Source: Emiliania huxleyi CCMP1516 (taxonomy: Eukaryota). Taken from it: DNA of 34,351 nt. A program made the position numbers and the translations under genes. The stretch covers positions 1-34,351 of the forward strand of contig NW_005201338.1 in assembly GCF_000372725.1 (NCBI RefSeq). Direction: 5' to 3'. Under the pieces are notes generated by a model. The model had not been told where the DNA came from, searched no databases, and saw nothing but the letters and a program-made list of their open reading frames with translations. Below, piece by piece: positions 29,682-34,351 of the stretch; position 1 is the stretch's first letter; the number at the start of each line of letters is the position of its first letter.

Positions 29682-32600
29682 ATGGAAATCGTGGGACGCG
29701 AGCTGAGCGGCGGCCGGGTGTCAAAGGTCGCGCGCACAGAGGCATCCCCCCCAGGGCCGCCGGACGGGTCGGTCCCGGCGCTGTTCACAGCGCCGACATC
29801 CGTTCACACCCCAAGGGACATCATCAAAGGAGGGGGCATGGCCATGGCCATCTCTCCCTCCTCCTGCCCGCAATCGGCCCGCGGCGCGTGCAAGCCGCAG
29901 GGCCCCCACTCCGCGCAGTGTGGTAGCGGCGGGCATAGTCCCAAGGCGGTTCCCGCTGTCGTCAAGGCGGGCTCCGCACCCCCATCTGTCTGCCCTTGGC
30001 AAGTCAAGGTGTCTCGGGGCGAGGCGCCTATTGGGGAACCGATCGGCTTTGTGCCAAATGGCACGTTAGAGCTGATCGCGCGGCTTCGGCACCCTCACCC
30101 CAACGTGAGGAAGGAGACCGAGGCCGCGCCCTTTGCACTCGAGGCAGTTCACGGCTTGTATTGCCACACCTGCCCAGATGCGTGCCACGGCCCACTGTTC
30201 TCGTGCGAGTTCGCAAACTGCAAGTCGGCCATGTGGGCGCTATGCGCCTCATTCATCCGGCTGCTCATCAACGAGCTTGTGAGCCGCGGCGACCCGTGCC
30301 GAGAATGCACGTGGGAGGAACTCAACGACATCATCCGAGCCATCAACCCGCGCGACTGCGGATGGACGCCACTTCGGACGGGCGCGTTTGACCCGATGTC
30401 GGAAAAAATCGCCTACCTCGCCATGAGCGACGTGGCAAACACGCTGCTATCGCGCGCGGCTTCGCCCTTCTTCCTGGTAGGCGACCTCACGATTGGTCTC
30501 CACCTTGTGCTCGACGTCCTCGATGCAAAAACGCTCGACCCCGAGAACTGGACGAGTTCGATCCGCTGGGACGTGGTTAAGTCGCTCGTCAACTATGGCG
30601 AGGACGAGCCGAAGAGGGCTTACCTGCAGGGACCGCCCGAGGGCGTTGCCCTCAAGCCGCACCATTTCCAGGGCATTGACGATGTCCTCGCCCCCGCCAA
30701 TTTCAAGGAAATTTCCGAGGATCTCTTCGACCTCGGAACCTTTGCGATGCCGCCCGAAGGGGGGTCGGCGTGTGCGACTACTGGGTCGTCACCGATTGAA
30801 GGGGGGCCATCGCATGCAGCCGGGGCCCCCTTGCCCATGTGCATCGCAAATTGCAGCGAGAATTCTACGAAGGATTCGATAATTGGACAAGGGGGTGTTG
30901 CACATCGCTCGCATACTGCCGAGAGCACAGTCGCACGCCGCCCCGCTGCCTCTATGACGCCCTTCATGATCCCCTCGCGCTCGTCCTCGACCGGCTCGAC
31001 TTTCATGACCGGGGCCGACGACGGGTATCGCGGTGCGCGCGAAGCGCCCAAGCTGCGCTGCCCTGCCGCACCTCCGCCCGCTCCGCGTGCCGCACAGCCA
31101 GGGGAACCACCAGCCCAGCCGTCTGGCGCTGACCCACGGCTGGCTGGCGCGCTCGCCACTCACGAGGCTGGGCCTGTGCATGGCACAGGTTACCACCCCA
31201 CGATTGGTGGCAAGCAGCCGACGCACTATCCCGCTGACACGGGTGACGGGCCGGAACTTGCCCAGCCCGCCCTGGGCAAGGAAGCATGCGCTATCATCGA
31301 CCTCGACATGCTGAACGCACAGCTGAAGGCGGCCATGACGGACCTCTGGCATGAGCTTCTCCGCAAGGGCGCCGAGGCCGAGCGCGCCACCTCCGTCCTG
31401 CGGTGCATCAACACCGAGGTGGCGTGCGGAGACGTGACGCTGCTCTTCTCCATCATCCCAATGTGGGGCATCGTGTCGGCCAACGAGGGACCTGGAGATT
31501 TCTCGGTCGGCGACTTCTGCATCGACATGCCACACGTCGAGGTCCTTGTCAACACCCTAGTTAACCGCGCCTTTGGCTCCCTCCGCGAGGCAATCCCCCC
31601 CGGAGGCAAGATCGTCATTACGGCGGCGGACGGGATCATGCTTCTCGCGACCGAGACCGAGAACCCGGGCTCCATCGACATCACAAAGGGCAACCCGCTC
31701 GCGTACATCTGCGCCGAATTCCGCATGTACGTCGCCCTCTACCTGCGCAAGCTCAACTACATGTCCGTCCGCCCGTGCCGCTCCGAGTCCCTCGGCGGCA
31801 CCGCCCCGGTCGCTCCGACCTTCAAGCAGACCGCGCGCGGCAAGGTTGGGGAGTTCTACTTCCTCAAGATGTGGTCGATGGGGCTCGAGGAGATCATGAA
31901 CCGGATCCTTGGCGCCAACTCCACTGGCCTGACTCTCCTCTCCCTGCACGCGGTGCGCGAGGCCGCCTCGAGCTCGGGGTGCGCGCCAAACACGTCACCC
32001 TGCAGCATAGTACCGCCACCCACGCAGCCCTCACCTACCCTAGGCACTGAGCACGGCCCAGCGGCGCCGCCCAGCGCGGCACCACTCGGGAGAGGCGGCG
32101 ACGCTACAGCCGCCGCCCCCATTACCCCCGCCAGCAGCGGGGCCAGGGGACAGGCCCGACACCTGACAGGCTCTGACGCCAGCCAGGCAGAAGTCGGGCT
32201 TGGGAATATGGTAGGACTACATGTCGCATTACATGACACTGTCGGGTCACTGTGTGACGCAAATCCATGTGGCAGGACGGCACGTGCTTATTTATGCGAA
32301 GGAAAGGCGAAAGGGGGAGAAAAACTAGACACGCACGAAATGTGCTGGGACCGCGTTGAGCAGAGCAGCTCAAACGGGCACGAAGTCGGGCTGCAAAACC
32401 GACCACTGATCAACGAGGCGCGGCCTGTGATCCCGGTCATGATGACGCGCATGTTAGCTGAGGGGAAATACGGTGGCGCCTCCGACGCGGACCCCGAGTC
32501 CGACCATTGCGGCCCCGTTTTCGGGAGCAACGTAACGGACACTTCCGAGGGTGAGACCAGTCCTGACATGAGGGATGTCACGATGGGCGGACGGGAGGGC

Positions 32601-33038
32601 CCCTATACCGGACCACATGACCACGCCATCGATTTTACACGCGTTTTTCGGCCGATCACACCGCGGCCTGTCGCGCGACGACGCACGGCATACTCGGATC
32701 CGTATGCTGGAGATGACCTCGGAGGTAACCAGGGTTTCTCTGGATTCACGCCCATGACCGAGAGACGCGGAGGCAGCGCCCTCGTGACGAGAGAGGCGAC
32801 ACGGGCGAATGCAGAGGAGCAACGGGCGTGCCCAAGACAAGGGCTCCCGTGCGTGTGGCGCGTACTACGACTACCTCTGGCACATCCTGCACAGGGCATG
32901 GAATGCGCTGTGCCACGCCCTCTGGGGCAACTCAATGACGCGCTCTGGGCGCACTCGGGGGGACAGGTGGCTGATCTGTTCACGAAGCCGCTGACGGCGG
33001 CTATCTTTCACCCCTTGCGCGCCTTCGTTGTGGCATAA
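29682..33038 (+). CDS. 1118-aa intronless ORF of unknown function, ending in a Ty1/copia RNase H-like tail; probably retroelement-associated
   Basis: Uninterrupted 3.36-kb ORF. C-terminus GQVADLFTKPLTAAIFHPLRAFV matches the copia pol end (Q.AD.FTKPL....F..LR). Upstream AYSDPYAGD weakly resembles YSDADWAGD. Cys cluster CHTC..CHGPLFSCEFANC. No RT YxDD or clear integrase. Confidence 0.55.
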   Translation: MEIVGRELSGGRVSKVARTEASPPGPPDGSVPALFTAPTSVHTPRDIIKGGGMAMAISPSSCPQSARGACKPQGPHSAQCGSGGHSPKAVPAVVKAGSAPPSVCPWQVKVSRGEAPIGEPIGFVPNGTLELIARLRHPHPNVRKETEAAPFALEAVHGLYCHTCPDACHGPLFSCEFANCKSAMWALCASFIRLLINELVSRGDPCRECTWEELNDIIRAINPRDCGWTPLRTGAFDPMSEKIAYLAMSDVANTLLSRAASPFFLVGDLTIGLHLVLDVLDAKTLDPENWTSSIRWDVVKSLVNYGEDEPKRAYLQGPPEGVALKPHHFQGIDDVLAPANFKEISEDLFDLGTFAMPPEGGSACATTGSSPIEGGPSHAAGAPLPMCIANCSENSTKDSIIGQGGVAHRSHTAESTVARRPAASMTPFMIPSRSSSTGSTFMTGADDGYRGAREAPKLRCPAAPPPAPRAAQPGEPPAQPSGADPRLAGALATHEAGPVHGTGYHPTIGGKQPTHYPADTGDGPELAQPALGKEACAIIDLDMLNAQLKAAMTDLWHELLRKGAEAERATSVLRCINTEVACGDVTLLFSIIPMWGIVSANEGPGDFSVGDFCIDMPHVEVLVNTLVNRAFGSLREAIPPGGKIVITAADGIMLLATETENPGSIDITKGNPLAYICAEFRMYVALYLRKLNYMSVRPCRSESLGGTAPVAPTFKQTARGKVGEFYFLKMWSMGLEEIMNRILGANSTGLTLLSLHAVREAASSSGCAPNTSPCSIVPPPTQPSPTLGTEHGPAAPPSAAPLGRGGDATAAAPITPASSGARGQARHLTGSDASQAEVGLGNMVGLHVALHDTVGSLCDANPCGRTARAYLCEGKAKGGEKLDTHEMCWDRVEQSSSNGHEVGLQNRPLINEARPVIPVMMTRMLAEGKYGGASDADPESDHCGPVFGSNVTDTSEGETSPDMRDVTMGGREGPYTGPHDHAIDFTRVFRPITPRPVARRRTAYSDPYAGDDLGGNQGFSGFTPMTERRGGSALVTREATRANAEEQRACPRQGLPCVWRVLRLPLAHPAQGMECAVPRPLGQLNDALWAHSGGQVADLFTKPLTAAIFHPLRAFVVA

Positions 33039-33299
33039 CATCGCCGAAGGCTACTGACGCCCTGTGCATGCACATGTGCATGCACGCTCCAACGTGGACA
33101 CACACCCACGTAGCGGACACACACCTTTGGCCCCGCTCTCGGCTCTACCTCTCGGTCTCGGCCGGCGGGCATGAAACGGCTTTTCGGTCAGGCATCAGGG
33201 CGAACACACATGACGCACTATGCATCCGGGTGCGTGCCCTCCGCTCATCTTGCGGATCGCATTCGTCTCGCCTCGCCCCCGTCGAGCGCACGGACGCCC

Positions 33300-34186
33300 A
33301 TGCTCGTGCGCGCAACGCGACTTGTCTTTTTGCTCGCGCTCGGGGTAGCCGGCGCCCTGATTGCAGACACGGCGCTGCAAGGCTCTGCCGCCATGGACCC
33401 GGAGGGCCTCGAGCGGGATTATGCGACACGGTATCGAGTGTGCCGCCATCTCTGCTGCTGCACGCACCATTTCTCACTCCGGTCTCCCCTTTTTGCAGGC
33501 TGCATTTGACTCGCCGCCGTCACAACTCCGTCGCTGCCACAGCAAGCTTCCGGACAAATCACGTGACGATGTTCGGGCGAGGGGCGTCTCTGCTACGACA
33601 GGCGCCTGAACTCGCAGGGCCATCTCTCCCCCCGCCAGCGCCCTGGCCACCAGATCCGCTGCTATCATTCCGTCTGCTGCCGAAATTCCTTCTTACTTCG
33701 CTGCCACCGCCAGGGCCATCATCTGTGTCGCCACCGCCGCCGTCGATACTTCCAAGCGATGTACAGCCAGCTCAGGCGCCAGGGCACCGGCCAGATCGGC
33801 CCGTGCCTGAACGACCCTGGCCACGAATGCATGCCAGCCCCGATGGCCCCTCGGAGAGCGAGACCAGCAGCCGGCGGCGCCGGTTGGCACAGCCCGAACC
33901 TCCCGAGCCGTCTCCGCCGCCGCCGCCAGCGCCTTGGTCTCCAGATCCGTCACCCCCGCCCCCGCCTCCACTCTCTCCATCACCGTCCCCGCCACCTCCA
34001 CCTTCGCCGCCGCCGTCGCCCCCTCCGCCACCGCCGCCGCCGCCACCGCCGCCTGCCCTTCATGATATTGCGCTGGTCAACGTCGTCAGAGTCGACGTCC
34101 GAGCTCTCACTGGCGCTGCCGCCGTCGTCGCCCACGTCATCACAATCTCTGTCGCTGCGAGCGCTGCTGAAGAGAGAAGAGTGTGA
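33300..34186 (+). CDS. Predicted secreted Pro/Ser-rich (extensin-like) protein; exons 33300-33430 and 33499-34186, 3' end uncertain
   Basis: Signal peptide MLVRATRLVFLLALGVAGA. GT-AG intron 33431-33498 with a pyrimidine tract joins in frame to the SPPPP-rich ORF. Confidence 0.55.
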
Positions 34187-34351
34187 GACGTCAGCAGGAT
34201 CGCTGGCCGACAGCGCTCGCAAGAGCTCGCGCCGAGAGCGGCAACGGCGGCTCGGGTCGTCGCGCCGATAGGCGTAGTAGTCGCCGACCGCGCTGCTCTT
34301 GTTCACCCTCGCAATCCACTGTACATGGCAACGGCCGCTCACGCGCACCGT
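34050..34351 (-). other. Possible coding fragment entering from beyond the window, with an MBD-like motif and acidic stretch
   Basis: The frame is open to the window edge. WIARVNKSSAVGDYYAYRRDDPSRRCRSRRELLRAL resembles the methyl-CpG-binding-domain core (D.YY....RS..E..R.L). Confidence 0.3.

Overview
Left end of a eukaryotic chromosome: ~0.9 kb of (CCCTAA)n telomere, ~2.5 kb of repeat-rich subtelomere with gene relics, then a dense, very GC-rich gene array with short introns. About half of the introns I can reconstruct are GC-AG. This points to a haptophyte, probably Emiliania/Gephyrocapsa (inference). Genes: a stand-alone Lon-N domain protein, a secreted 2H-phosphoesterase::GH63/trehalase-like fusion, mitochondrial bL17, a stand-alone IP3-receptor N-terminal (suppressor) domain, a BASS symporter, a GT77 XEG113-like glycosyltransferase, an Aa_trans transporter, a Pro-rich membrane protein with an unnamed Cys-rich domain, SCAR/WAVE, a GH5 endoglycoceramidase-like protein with a large internal insertion, a 1118-aa ORF ending in a Ty1/copia RNase H tail, and a secreted Pro-rich protein. 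The most striking structure is inside SCAR/WAVE: an intron made of telomeric repeats alternating with copies of the flanking exon. The telomeric DNA appears to supply the branch point (CTAAC) and acceptor (CCCTAG), and every donor/acceptor pairing keeps the frame. All family calls are from motif recognition by eye, without database searches.
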